Shown: in pieces, positions 1 through 11,809 of the stretch | Layout of the letters: the number at the start of each line of letters is the position of its first letter | How positions within the stretch are numbered: position 1 is the stretch's first letter | DNA from: Nemertoderma westbladi | Taxonomy: Eukaryota; Animalia; Xenacoelomorpha | DNA: 40,740 nucleotides | NCBI GenBank assembly: GCA_032718475.1 | Contig: JAUCBJ010007792.1 | Location: 1-40,740, forward strand | Reading direction: 5' to 3' | Notes under the pieces: model-generated | What the model was told of the DNA's origin: nothing | Seen by the model: the letters and a program-made list of their open reading frames with translations, nothing else | The model's database searches: none | Program-made: the position numbers and the translations under genes

Positions 1-179
1 AAAATTAAACCGTCGAACCCAATCTCCCGGGAATATCCAGCGGGTGAATGGTCGCGCACGGATTGGTTTCGACTAGTGTAGTGAATCAAATACTTGTCAT
101 AGACTAAAAAGCAGATTTATTATCTAGAAGACATTCTAATTTGGCGGGTTAAACTGCCAAAGGTCTGAAAGCGCGAACA
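1..179 (+). mobile_element. 3' end of an LTR (solo or right LTR) from a diverged relative of the BEL/Pao element at 9101-24421
   Basis: Aligns by eye with 10115-10285 (gggtgaatg.tcgcgca, atcaaatacttgt, tagaagaca, aatttggc.ggttaaactgc.aaaggtct.aaagcgcgaaca). It ends in the same ...GCGCGAACA terminus exactly where the Penelope-derived sequence begins at 180. Confidence 0.85.
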
Positions 180-1006
180 CATTACATGTTAAACATCTAG
201 CCCTCCCACACGGTCGGTTCCCCCTCTCCCCCCCTCCCCTCCTTTTCTCTACTAACATATTCCCCAAGTTTCTACCGGGCGTCGGTGTCATAGTGACGCT
301 GAAACCCTCGCTGTTTAGTGCATCCCTATGCTGTCTAATGGTGTTCCTCGTTGGTCCTGCATAGCGCATGTCCATCGAGAAATATGAGACGTCCATGTCC
401 CGTTCCTTTTCCACCCTACACCTCCCCGCCCCGGGTTTAAACTTCCCATCTACCGCCAGTCTCCTTAATCTTTCCAACAGCGCCCGTGGATAACCCAAAA
501 TCAAACAATCTGTCAGATATCTGTCAACGGCGATATTCAACGCCTCCCCCCCTCCCGTGAGTCTGACGTATCTTTGTAATTGGCCCGACACTACCGCCTC
601 CAACATCCTTGCACTATGGAAACTCGAATACGGAATCGGTAATTTCCTTGACAAGGGTTTAAAATGCACCCCAGTGGTAATTCGGCCGTCCACGTTCCTA
701 GATAACTCCATATCAAGGAAAACTGCTCGTTCCATCGAAAATTCAACTGTAAAGGCTATTCCCGGAGTCCCAAATACGTTACAACAACCGGCATTGTATC
801 GTTCTTTTATATCTTCCTTCTCGCTCTCCGTTAACCGTCCCGCGAAAATTCCTTGGCCGTCATCCGCGAACGTGCGGAAGTATAACGCGCTGTACAAGGA
901 AATTATATTAACATGCGAATGGATGCGGTCTACCGCTATAACGGCGATAGATTTACCCGCCGGTCCCCCCATCCCCAATCCCTTAATCAAAACATAATAT
1001 AAACGT
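180..1006 (-). pseudogene. Inverted partial copy of the Penelope-like element ORF (RT core C-terminal half, thumb, start of Cys linker)
   Basis: Reverse complement of 2791-3618 with few substitutions. ORF 136..990 reads KGLGMGGPAG...YFRTFADDG...FLDMEL...PCGRARCLTC. Truncated at 180 by the LTR insertion. Confidence 0.95.
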
Positions 1007-3995
1007 GCGCGAGTGTATATACGAGTACAACTACTTTACGCGGTGGATACAGAGTAATATCCGGAACGGAACGCCGGGAGCTGACTGGGAAACCTTATTC
1101 CAATACGTGTTACGAGGGTTGGCCCGAATTGGGAAAGCAGAGAAGATGGAGCGTGGTCGCATATTGGGTCGCAAGATGGAGGATAGTACGGAGTGGAGCA
1201 GAAGACAAAGGGACGAACGTGAAATACCAAGGTGGGCAGTACGGGAGCGGCTGGTGTTTAGACCGTTGGTTAAACGCACAGCGCGGGGGGCCCGGAAGGG
1301 GGGGGGGGAGTCTACTAGTGGGAAAGCGGGTCTGGTAAATAACGTAGTGAACTTATCCTCTGTGGATATCACTGAGGAACAGAGGGAAATTTTAAGTTTG
1401 GGATTTGGTTACGTCCCGGTAAGGGAAAGGGGTTTAACGGATTTAATCGATGCGCACACCAGTGTATCTAAATTGGGATCCAAGTTAAGAAACGTTGTGC
1501 GTAGACGGGAGCATTTAGAAGATACGATACCGGTACAGGGAGGGGAGGCACGTATATTGACGGAACGGGGGCCGGAACAACGGGAAGTGTCCTTCGTCGC
1601 TACGCTGGAGAATGTGGGTTACGTTGTTCAACCAAGGAGGAGGGATAGAGATCGAGGGAGTGGGAGCGCATATATATGCGGTACCCGCATTAGTACTTTC
1701 CGGGGAAGGGACTTGTGTGAACCGAGAAGATTATTCGTCGACCAGGGAGCGCATCATACGGAGGACGAGGGGGGGGGGAGGACGGATCAGTCGACATCCT
1801 CTCATCAACACCAAATCAACCCGGTATGGTAAGGAATATAACAAACATAGGAACGGGAAATGGGAATATAGGGGATATTTCGCCTGTATCGAGCAGAGAT
1901 CAACGTGGAGGGAGGTTAAACTCCAACGTGGGTGTAGGGATACACGGGAAGCTCCGGTATAAGCAATTAGCCATTCCATATAAACAAAGATTCGTAGCAC
2001 CTAGAGGGGATAATGTAGTCGTAGAAGAATTCATCAACGATCTACACAAAGCAGTGGAACGTTCATCACAAAAAAAGGAAACAAAGTGGTTGGAACCAAA
2101 CCTTAGCGCAAACCAACTTAGGGAAATCCGTGGTTTAAAGAAGAATGGAGACATATCAATCGTCCGCGGGGATAAAACCGGGAACGTCATTATCGTGGAT
2201 ACTCGCGTGAAGGAAGCGGAGCTAGAGAGAATTTTAGCCGACGAATCAACTTATCGCAAACTGGAGTACGACCCAACGAGTAGATTTCGTGCCGACCTAA
2301 TTAGGACTATTAAAGATATGAATATCAAAGATGAATCGTTGAAACGGTATTTGGTACCCAGACATCCGTCTGAGGGATATATGTACCCCCTCTTCAAGGA
2401 TCACAAAGAAGTCGACACCTGGTTGGACTGGGGCGATGGAATCAAAGCACCAAAAGCGAGACCAATTATAGCTACGCGCGGAACTCTATCGGAACGTCCA
2501 GCGAAACTTTTGAACTCCATTATACAACCCCTCTTGGAACGTATGCCTCATTTCACTAAGGATTCCGCATCGGCCCGATCCTTCCTACCATCGGAACCGT
2601 TGGAGAGCGCAACGTTTATGTCATTAGACGTCGTGGATATGTATCCGTCGGTGTCGCATGAAGTAGCCCTCGCCGCAGTGGACGCCGTGATAAGGGAAAA
2701 TGAGGATTTATGCGAAGAAACTGGTTACTCGATACAACAAATAGCTTTATTATTAAAATACGTCATCGAGCATACGTATTTTTCTCACCAACGTTTATAT
2801 TATGTTTTGATTAAGGGATTGGGGATGGGGGGACCGGCGGGTAAATCTATCGCCGTTATAGCGGTAGACCGCATCCATTCGCATGTTAATTTAATTTCCT
2901 TGTACAGCGCGTTATACTTCCGCACGTTCGTGGATGACGGCCAAGGAATTTTCGCGGGACGATTAACGGCGAGCGAGAAGGAAGATATAAAGGAACGATT
3001 ACAATGCCGGTTGTTGTAACGTATTTGGGACTCCGGGAATAGCCTTTACAGTTGAATTTTCGACGGAACGAGCAGTTTTCCTGGATATGGAGTTATCTAG
3101 GAACGTGGACGGCCGAATTACCACTGGGGTGCATTTTAAACCCTTGTCGAGGAAATTACCGATTCCGTATTCGAGTTTCCATAGTGCAAGGATGTTGGAG
3201 GCGGTAGTGTCGGGCCAATTACAAAGATACGTCAGACTCACGGGAGGGGGGGAGGCGTTGAATATCGCCGTTGACAGATATCTGACAGATTGTTTGATTT
3301 CGGGTTATCCACGGGCACTGTTGGAAAGATTAAGGAGACTGGCGGTAGATGGGAAGTTTAAACCCGGGGCGGGGAGGTGTAGGGTGGAAAAGGAACGGGA
3401 CATGGACGTCTCATATTTCTCGATGGACATGCGCTATGCAGGACCAACGAGGAATACCATTAGACAGCATAGGGAGGCACTAAACAGGGAGGGTTTTAGC
3501 ATCACTATGACACCGACGCCCGGTAGAAACTTGGGGAATATGTTAGTAGAGAAAAGGGGGGGAGGGGGGGAGAGGGGGAACCGACCGTGTGGGAGGGCTA
3601 GATGTTTAACATGTAATGCAATGAGGGACTTTAAAGAAACTCCGTGGGGGGAGGGGATTACAGGGTCTTTCAATTGTCTATCGGTTAACGTTCTTTATAT
3701 TTTAACGTGTACAGCTCACGGTGAAGGTTTCTACATCGGTCAAACCGAGCAAGCCCTGCGGGAACGACTGTCAAAACACAGGTCGACCATGAGGGCTTAC
3801 AGAAGGGAAGCTGAACCGGATGTATGCGACAACGTCGAGTACATCCTTCTTGAGCATTTCCTGTCTTGCCCAATATCGAACCTGAGAGTGACGGCTTTCC
3901 GGAGGTTCAGGGATGACTCGAGTAGGATCCATGCCGAGGCAAATTACATATACAGGTTTAAACCGCCATGGAATGCGTCTAAACCCGCAATTTGA
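1007..3995 (+). pseudogene. Penelope-like retroelement (Neptune-type) polyprotein: RT plus GIY-YIG endonuclease, 5'-truncated and frameshifted
   Basis: PLE N-terminal motif VVNLSS...EILSLGFGYVP; RT motifs GDKTGNVIIVD, ARPII, SLDVVDMYPSV, GLGMG, RTFVDDG, FLD; Cys linker CGRARCLTC...C; GIY-YIG NVLYILTC...FYIGQT...RERLSKH...EANYIYRF. Split over ORFs 1005-1832, 1826-3019 and 3087-3995 by indels. Confidence 0.93.
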
Positions 3996-4492
3996 ACACC
4001 ATATAATTACCGAGCAGTTCCGCTCTTATTTGGTGGCGAAACTATTATATCAATCATATAAACTGATTTACATGTAACATAAAGTAAGCGCATGTGATTA
4101 CGTAGTTTTGGGAACGGAAAAAACCAATTATAAAGCTCCGGGACTGTGTATTGTAAATTTATTTAGGCTTTAATACACAAATTTAGTTTAAAGGAATCTA
4201 GCTCGTAAGTAAACGTCACATTAGTAAACTGTTACGTACATATATTTTTTGAACCCTAATGTACCTTATGGTACAGTAGAAATACGCTCATTTACTACAT
4301 ATTTTGCGTCTAAGCAACATATTGGATAACCCTACGTTGGGGGAGTCGGCAAGTATATTAATTATATATGAAATATTTAATATTTAATATGAAATTTGTG
4401 CGGATATCATACTTCCTGTTTCCAGTTATTTACTGTATATTGCGATGTAGTTTTAGGTATTGTAAATATATCTATTAGAAATTAGTTTAAAA

Positions 4493-4886
4493 GTTTTCAG
4501 TTTAAGTTCGTAAACATATTATATATAAAAATTCGTAGAAGATATTTAGTTTAATTTATTTTAGTTTGTTTTGCTCCTCAATGAGTGTAAAAAAACGCTT
4601 CAATTTACATACTGTATATCTTCATTTATTTTGGTGCCAATACAAATTAAATGCCGGAATCGATTTTGGAAATCTTTAGGGATATGATACTTATAAGGTT
4701 TTCAGTTTAGTTCTTTAAATATATTATATAAAAATTCGTAGGTGATACTTAATTTATTTTATTTTGTTTTGCTCCTCAATGAGTGTAAAGAACGCTTCAT
4801 GTTACATACTGTATATTTTCATTTATTTGGTGCCAATACTAATTAAATGTCGGATCCGATGTTGGAAAGCTTTAGGGATATAATAC
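4493..4886. repeat. Diverged tandem duplication of an AT-rich unit of about 200 bp, probably in the PLE 3' tail
   Basis: Both units contain ttttgctcctcaatgagtgtaaa..aacgcttca, ttggtgccaatac.aattaaatg and tttagggatat.atac (about 4493-4690 and 4699-4886). Confidence 0.85.
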
Positions 4887-5511
4887 GGGGTTATACATTA
4901 CATTTGTAACGAGAGAAAGCCGCCCCAATATTAGATTATTACAACAACATATCCATTGGGTAAGAAGGTGGAGGAGAGCCAGTCCGTCTCTTAATTTTTT
5001 ACTTTATATTACGCGATCAATTTTCACTCATCTCGTCATGAACCCAACATGTATGTAAACTTTTGTTAAATTTGTTGGCTATGCGTTTGCGGTTGTTTGG
5101 GCGGAGTGTGGTAGGCCTACACTTTTCACATTTAAATATTTTGGTTGTGAAATGTCACAGGGCATAGCTATCTGAGATATTTCATTTATATTTTATTATG
5201 ATAGGAAGAAGAACATACAACGTTATTTACTATATATGTAACAAAATAATTGTTTTCGGGTTTAACTTGGAAGCCTCCCCAAATAGTTGATATACAATTA
5301 TATTTAAAATTATTTCCATGGTCATGGTCATTCACCCGTCTTTAGTTAGAAATTTGTTTGCATGAAAGACAGTTTAGTTTAGTTTTTACTGATTTATTAT
5401 CTCTTATCTGACTGGGGTAATAATAAAGGATAGGATAAATGGAAGTAAAGTGTGACAGTAACAAATATTTCCCCGTCACCCTAGCATGTCTTAAGTATAT
5501 GATATATCAAA

Positions 5512-5560
5512 GGGGGAAGTTTGGATTCACTGCATAAATGCAGTTCACCAAACTTCCCCC
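5512..5560. repeat. Strong hairpin / short inverted repeat
   Basis: GGGGGAAGTTTGG (5512-5524) pairs with CCAAACTTCCCCC (5548-5560); inner stem ACTGCAT/ATGCAGT. Confidence 0.8.
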
Positions 5561-6431
5561 GAATGCACACTGTAACTTCCCCCTTCCCCCAAATATCCAC
5601 TGTTGAATTAATTTGAAGCGATATAATAAGTACAAAATTGTGCTAGTTTTTAATTGTGTGGTCCATTTGTTGTTTGATCTCTATTTATTGTTTTAAGTGC
5701 ATTTAATATCACACTGGTTTTTATAATATTATACTATACAACCTTATGTTTTATTAATTTACCCAATCGAAGCCTCACAAGGGCCGGTTATTTGTACGCA
5801 TATCCCCTAATGCGCTCAGTAAGGTTCAAACAACATATTAATATGAAAATAAAGTATCTGCAAAGAAAAGAACCCAATACTATATAATTTGACCTTATTA
5901 AAAAATGTGCACTTTTGCACACTTATTTGTACAAATGCACTTTAGCAGATCGTAATGGTGGCTCTTATTTAACAAACTTATGTTTATCTTCTACCGATCT
6001 ACGATGGTGTATGGTCAAGTGTCAGTCGCTAAAAGTGTCAAAAATCCAATTTAATAAATCTGGATTTGCGATTTTGGACCATATTAATGGACATTTTTAA
6101 GTCACTTTATAGACATAAAAAGTTAAACAAATGTTACGATTATAGTTAGAAATCATTCCAAACTACATTTTAATCCAAAAAATAACATTCTACGATGAAT
6201 AGAACTGGAAATAACAGTGTTTGAAATATCGAAAAAATGTTCACTATTTAAGTGCATTTTGCACTAAGTGCACATAAGTCTTTTCCCAAGTTTTATCCTA
6301 TTTCACACACTACAATCTATCCTCTATCCAATGAAAAAAGTTTCAGATTAAACGGCCCTGTAGAACCGAAGTTATTTATGTTTAAAAAATAGTCACTCGA
6401 AAATTTCAAATTCTCTTGGTTAGTGGTCTAG

Positions 6432-6500
6432 TAGTATAGTCTAGTGGTTATCAATCACGTTAATGAAACCTAAGTTCGCGGGTTCGAAATCCAATATTGA
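6432..6500 (+). repeat. Degenerate tRNA-derived (SINE-head-like) sequence with Pol III A and B boxes
   Basis: A-box-like TAGTCTAGTGG (6437-6447) and B-box-like GGTTCGAAATCC (6481-6492) at tRNA-like spacing. No convincing cloverleaf. Confidence 0.45.
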
Positions 6501-8523
6501 CCTGACCATTCTTAATTTTTTTGCAAAAAAAATTATTTTTATTTTTTCACTTAAATCGCTCTAAATTCGGTTCTGGTGGTCCAAATTCAATAAAATTGGT
6601 ATATTCTTTGCCGTAATTTTTTTCTTAATCTTTTGAGAAGGGGTTATTTTTGGCCCCAAAAAAATTAAAAAAAAGGGCCAAAATAACGCGATATTTTTCG
6701 ACCCTTAAAATTCGTAATTTTAATTATATATGTTAAGATAAAAGATAGCGGAGTTAATTTGATACTTTTTACAGGTACTTTTGGCGCATTACGCTAAATT
6801 ATAATGGAATAGCGATTTGTTAAAAAAAACAATTTTTCGTCCCTTTTTATAGATATTATATTTCACACGATCGCCTGCCGCTCCAGTTTTATAATACCTC
6901 CGGCGCTGTGATTAACGCTGTTAGATAGATAATTTAACGCACTATAAGTCTGTGTAAACAAATCTCCCGTAAGTTAAGTAGTTTTCGAGCAAGACGATTT
7001 CCCGCGAAGCAATTTTGAAGCGCGAAATTATAATTTTGGCCCTCATTTTTTTAATATCATCCTTGGAGCAAAACCGATAGCATATTTGAATTCCCTGTAT
7101 GGATATTGACTGTATAGAATGTACCTTAACCAACTAAAGTTAAAATTAAAAAATTATTAGATAAAAACTACTTTACAAATTCTGGCCCTTTTTGGCCCCT
7201 ATTGCCGACATATTTTTTGTACCCCCATTCGATAGGAACGTAGCCCCAATGGTCTTCTACGAGTTTCATAAAAGAATTAGTGGATTCCTACCCGCGTTGT
7301 CGAATTAAACATTTCGGAAATAAGTTTTCCAAAAAAGACGGACAAAAACGTACAAATTTACAGCCCCTTTTTCCACCCGAAATTTTAATAAATATCTTAC
7401 CCCCATTCGATACGAAGGTAGTACCACTCTTCCCCTTTCCAACCGCGTTACTTTCGTCCCCGTACGATTAATATTAGCCGAGTTATAGCGGATCCCGCAA
7501 AGTCATTTTGTCCGTTTTTTCAACTTTGACGGACATTTTCGGAAAAAAGGCGTGGTAATCTTTTTTGAAAAAAAAACGAATTCACTAATTAATCCCTTCT
7601 ATCGTATCCCGGCGTCGGCTAAGCAATAACCTAGGGTTTTTTCGAGCCACTGTAGAGCGCCTTTCAAAAAAATTTTAAAATTGTCGAAAAAATGACGGAT
7701 TTTTGTCCGCCGTGTCCGTCGAAGGGTTAGATTTAATAATGTTAGAGTTACTAATATCTTAGAATTCCGAGCCGCTCCCCTGGTGAGAAAATAAAAAAAT
7801 TTGGTCTGTTCCTTCATCGAAAAGTCCCCCAGAATCCCAAGTTAACCTATATAGTTAGCGATGGCCTGCGGCTTTAGGAGCGGCCGCGGTATTCACCTCC
7901 CTCATAGCGGCCGCGGCGGTGTTGCGTCAAATGGAGAAATATTTATCCCACCTAGGGTGCGACTTAACTACGCACAGATTGTAGGCCCTATTGTGTATTT
8001 TGTACAGTAGAAATACGCTCATTTACTATAAGCCCCCACGTAACGTGTTGGGTATAACCAGCCAACATAAGTATATTTCTTTAGTTTAGGATTACACATT
8101 ATAGAACTGATAACGAAATAATACATACTGTATAGGTGTTTGGGTCTTTTTCCCCTGGGGTGTCATTATTAAAGGTGCATGTTTTTTTTTAATGTTGTTT
8201 ACTTGCTACTATTGTTTTGAATGGATCTGGTTTAGTAATTTGCTGTCACGTATATGTAATATAAAGAAGGATAGGCCCTAAAACTACGAACTACGCGTAG
8301 TTACAAGGGAGGGGATATTGGGCAGCACCCCACCCCGGGGTCCTGTACCGGTCCGGTACCTAGACCAGTACTACATGACCGCTGTGGTGTAGTTGGTTGC
8401 GGTTTTTTGTAGTTACTTCAGTACTTACCTAGGCCTATTTTTGTACTTTTTTATTGTAACATGTATGTAAATATAAGCAACTGTATGTAGTCGGTGTGGT
8501 TTCTGTCCGTTTTGTTTTGATTA

Positions 8524-8567
8524 TATCCTGAAGATGGCCCTAGTGGCAGAAATTAATTGATAATAAA
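8524..8567 (+). ncRNA. Minimal type I hammerhead ribozyme motif of the Penelope pLTR type, followed by AATAAA
   Basis: tatc-CTGAAGA-tggcc ctagt ggca-GAAA-ttaa-TT-gata. Helix I is tatc/gata, helix II is imperfect (gcc/ggc), helix III is the palindromic AATTAATT. AATAAA at 8562-8567. Confidence 0.6.
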
Positions 8568-8644
8568 GAACCTGTTTTGTTTTCTCAGTTAGTCACCAGG
8601 GCTGTAATAACTCCAAAAAGAAAACCTATATTTCCTATATTACA

Positions 8645-9100
8645 ATGAATGCCCTAAAATCGGCTTGCCGCGGACTGAATGTTCTCGATGTATGGTGGCT
8701 GCCCAAGCAAGTTGATGAAGTGATTTTTCCACTTCTCAACACGTTCTTCAGGACTATCGGCTTTGAGGCGCCCCTTTGTACAACCTTTCCGACCAGATAC
8801 CTCATTTACAGTTTGCCAGGTAAGTCTTGATTGTTGCTATATGTGAGCAGTTGTAATTGCTTAAATTTTACCCTGTATGTACTTTTCCTGGCTGATGTTG
8901 TAGGCCAATTTAAGATCGTCCTTAGCTTTCTCAACCTTGTTAATGTTTTCCATTGTTGGTTGTTCGGTTTTAACTTTGTAGGATATCTTAAGATCTTCTC
9001 TCTTACAAGTAACCTCAGAGTTTTGCCATGGCACTTGGCACATATTGTTTTCGTTTGGGTTTCTGGGGGATATGCCTCTTAGCTGATTCCTTATGGGCTG
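8645..9100 (-). pseudogene. RTE-like LINE ORF fragment (region after the endonuclease), downstream half of the LINE interrupted by the BEL element
   Basis: Reading continues across the GGCTG TSD from 24422 (..IYQNIITA|HKESAKRHIP.. VPWQNSEV.. GRLKADSPEERVEKWKNHFINLLG). Contains stops and frameshifts. Confidence 0.8.
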
Positions 9101-10285
9101 TGTAAAAGCTTTTGCGGATCTAGCTAGTCATTTTCCCCGCAAAGTACTCTGTAGGTGTTTTAGCGGACATAAAAAGCCGTTTTCCTACTCTGTAGGTGTT
9201 TTAGTGGACATAAAAAGCCATTTTTCTGTATGTGTACTTTAGCGGACATAACTAGCGATTTTATACCGCAACACGCCAAAATACTCTTGATACAGTGTAG
9301 TTCAGATGACGACATCTATCAGCTGATGTGTCCACGTATAACTTTTCTTTGTTCTTTGTTCGGCTCGACCAATCAGAGCGATTTTCATTTTATTTGCACA
9401 GAAGCCTCCGGGAAATCGCGCAATGCATTATGGTCTTTGTTGACCTTTTTTCCTGTGCCCAGAAGATCGGCTGTGGAATTATTCTGTGTTTCAGACTTTA
9501 GCCAAACATTAGAACGGCTTTGATCATAGAAACGTATAACTGTTATCAAACTGGCAAATCAGCCTGTCATATCTCATACAAACCTGATCACATACAAACA
9601 CCGCATTATTTTACTGCTATTTACTGTCGGTTATTAATTGTATCAGTTGATGGAATATTGTTATATTTGGAGAATAACGATAAATAATCAGAAAACCCCA
9701 ATCTTCTTGATATACTGAAGGTTAGAGAGAACGGTTACATATAGCAATTGCGACTTACATTATAGTGGTTTTGGAGTGAATTGAATGCTATTTCATAGGC
9801 CCTACTTGTGTCAGTTGCTGTTCTCCTTATATATGATTAAAATTAGTGAAGGTCGGCAGATCAGTGTGCAGCAGTGTGTGGTAGTGTGCATGAGTGTGAC
9901 AGATAACAAAGCATTTCCTAAAGAATGCACTTTATACGTGAATCATTAGCCATCCCGTTGTGTTTAGTGTAAGTCATAACTCTGTTTACATACTTAGAGC
10001 GCCACGTCCTAAAGGAACTGTTAATATTTCCCGAAAGTGAATAATATTTGTCAGAGATTATATATTAACGATAAGTCGAATAATACAGTAGGCCTACACC
10101 GCAATAAGGTCAGAGCATCCGAATCCAGTCTCCCTTAACCGTGGGTGAATGATCGCGCATAGGCTGGCTTCGGCTAATGTAACTTTATGTGTATCAAATA
10201 CTTGTTATAGGCTAAAGTCGATTTATAACCTAGAAGACACCTAAATTTGGCAGGTTAAACTGCTAAAGGTCTAAAAGCGCGAACA
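9101..10285 (+). repeat. 5' LTR of BEL/Pao element
   Basis: TGTAAAAGC...GCGCGAACA; direct repeat of 23237-24421 with roughly 15 substitutions counted by eye. Contains a 41-bp tandem repeat (9145-9252), a CCAAT box (about 9368) and a TATA-like TATATA (9828). Confidence 0.97.
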
Positions 10286-11809
10286 ATAACAGTTATAGCT
10301 TCTTTATTGCAACGTAGGCAATAAAGCAAAAGTACCGGTCGACCGGTAACCAGTAGGCCTAACTACCTAACCACCCGAACCGGTACTTACAGCAGTACAG
10401 GTACATCAGTATTATTCGATTTTGATAATTATATACCGGTAGGTCTTGATATTTAATCAGGGACTGCAGCCCTGGTTTTTTATTGAGATTTTACTTATTT
10501 CTGTCAGTTTTATTTACCTGTAAGTTAATGTTGAGCAGAAGGCGTGTAAGCCTGCTCAGATTGTATAAATAATTTGTAGGCTGGACTGTTGTCTGACTGT
10601 TGTTAAGTCTGAAGAGATTGCAGTGTGTGTAGAGTGTATGTCCGATAAAGTACTAGTTAGGAACGTGGGGGCTTCCAGTGCTGTAAGGTAAATCCCCCCC
10701 CCCCCCCGAAAGAATAAGTCGTACTACTCGGTTAGAACACATACTAACTAACCATTTCGGAGTCTGCATATACTGTAGTTTATTTAGGCTTGATAGTAGT
10801 CTGCCAGCATTTGGTCTGTATTTTGTTTATGTAGTCTGTACAGGTAGCGAAATATTTATTATTCAGAGTTTATGCAATTATTCGCAACATTCATACCCCA
10901 AGTTTATTCCTACAGTAATTGTGCTTGTTATACATACCGTTATAGTTAAATTAACCCCGGTACTACATCAGGGCTGTTCGGCGTAGGTAAAGACTGGTGA
11001 TTTTATGCTCTGGTCACTCCGGCAGATACCTTGGTTCTTTTAGCTGTACAAGTATTTTTAACTGCTGGTTATTTGTTGTATAAGTACTTGTACCTAATTT
11101 AGGGTTTAGTGTACAGTGCTTTCCGAAGGTAATTAGTGTGTAGGCAGTATATTTGTGTTGTAAAGTGGTTAATAGGCACGTTAGCTATAGTAGGCTGCGG
11201 TAATTAACTTCTAGGTAGGAACACTCCGTGTACATAACATAGCTACGGCTATAAGTCGTCAAACGGTGGTATTTTTCCTATCTAGACAACGCAATATATT
11301 TACTACTGCTTTATTATTTTCAAATACCGAAGTATCCTGTCCGTTTGTAATAACCAGAAATTCTAACCCTTGTTAGGCTGGTTTGTAGATTTCTTGTAAA
11401 ATTAACCCTAAAAATTCGTACGTGTAATTTTTGTGTTTATTTAGAGATTGTAATCTCACCCCGAATTGTACATAATTTGTAGTAATAAGTAACTTAGGCA
11501 AGTAGAATTATTTGTGTTAGTGTCCAAAACAATAAGTAGCACTCCACTGAGAGCGTCTAGCTTCTGTGTAGTGACTCCTTACCAGAAATAATAACATTTA
11601 TTTCAAACATTGACAAAAACCCATTATACGGGTATATATATATATATTATAAATCAACTCAAATCGATTTATAAAATAGTAGGCCTGTTATACATCGATT
11701 AGGTCTTAATATCAGTTGGACTACTGCTTAAATAACGGTAATAAAGTAAAGTAAAGTAACCAAGTAACCCCTAAAATTCAGAAATTCAATTATTCTAAAA
11801 TAATTGACA

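Noticed and set aside
6432-6500. Functional tRNA gene
   Set aside because: A and B boxes are present but acceptor and anticodon stems do not pair.
9230-9523. 97-aa ORF present in both BEL LTRs
   Set aside because: It is duplicated only because it lies in the LTR; no recognisable motif.
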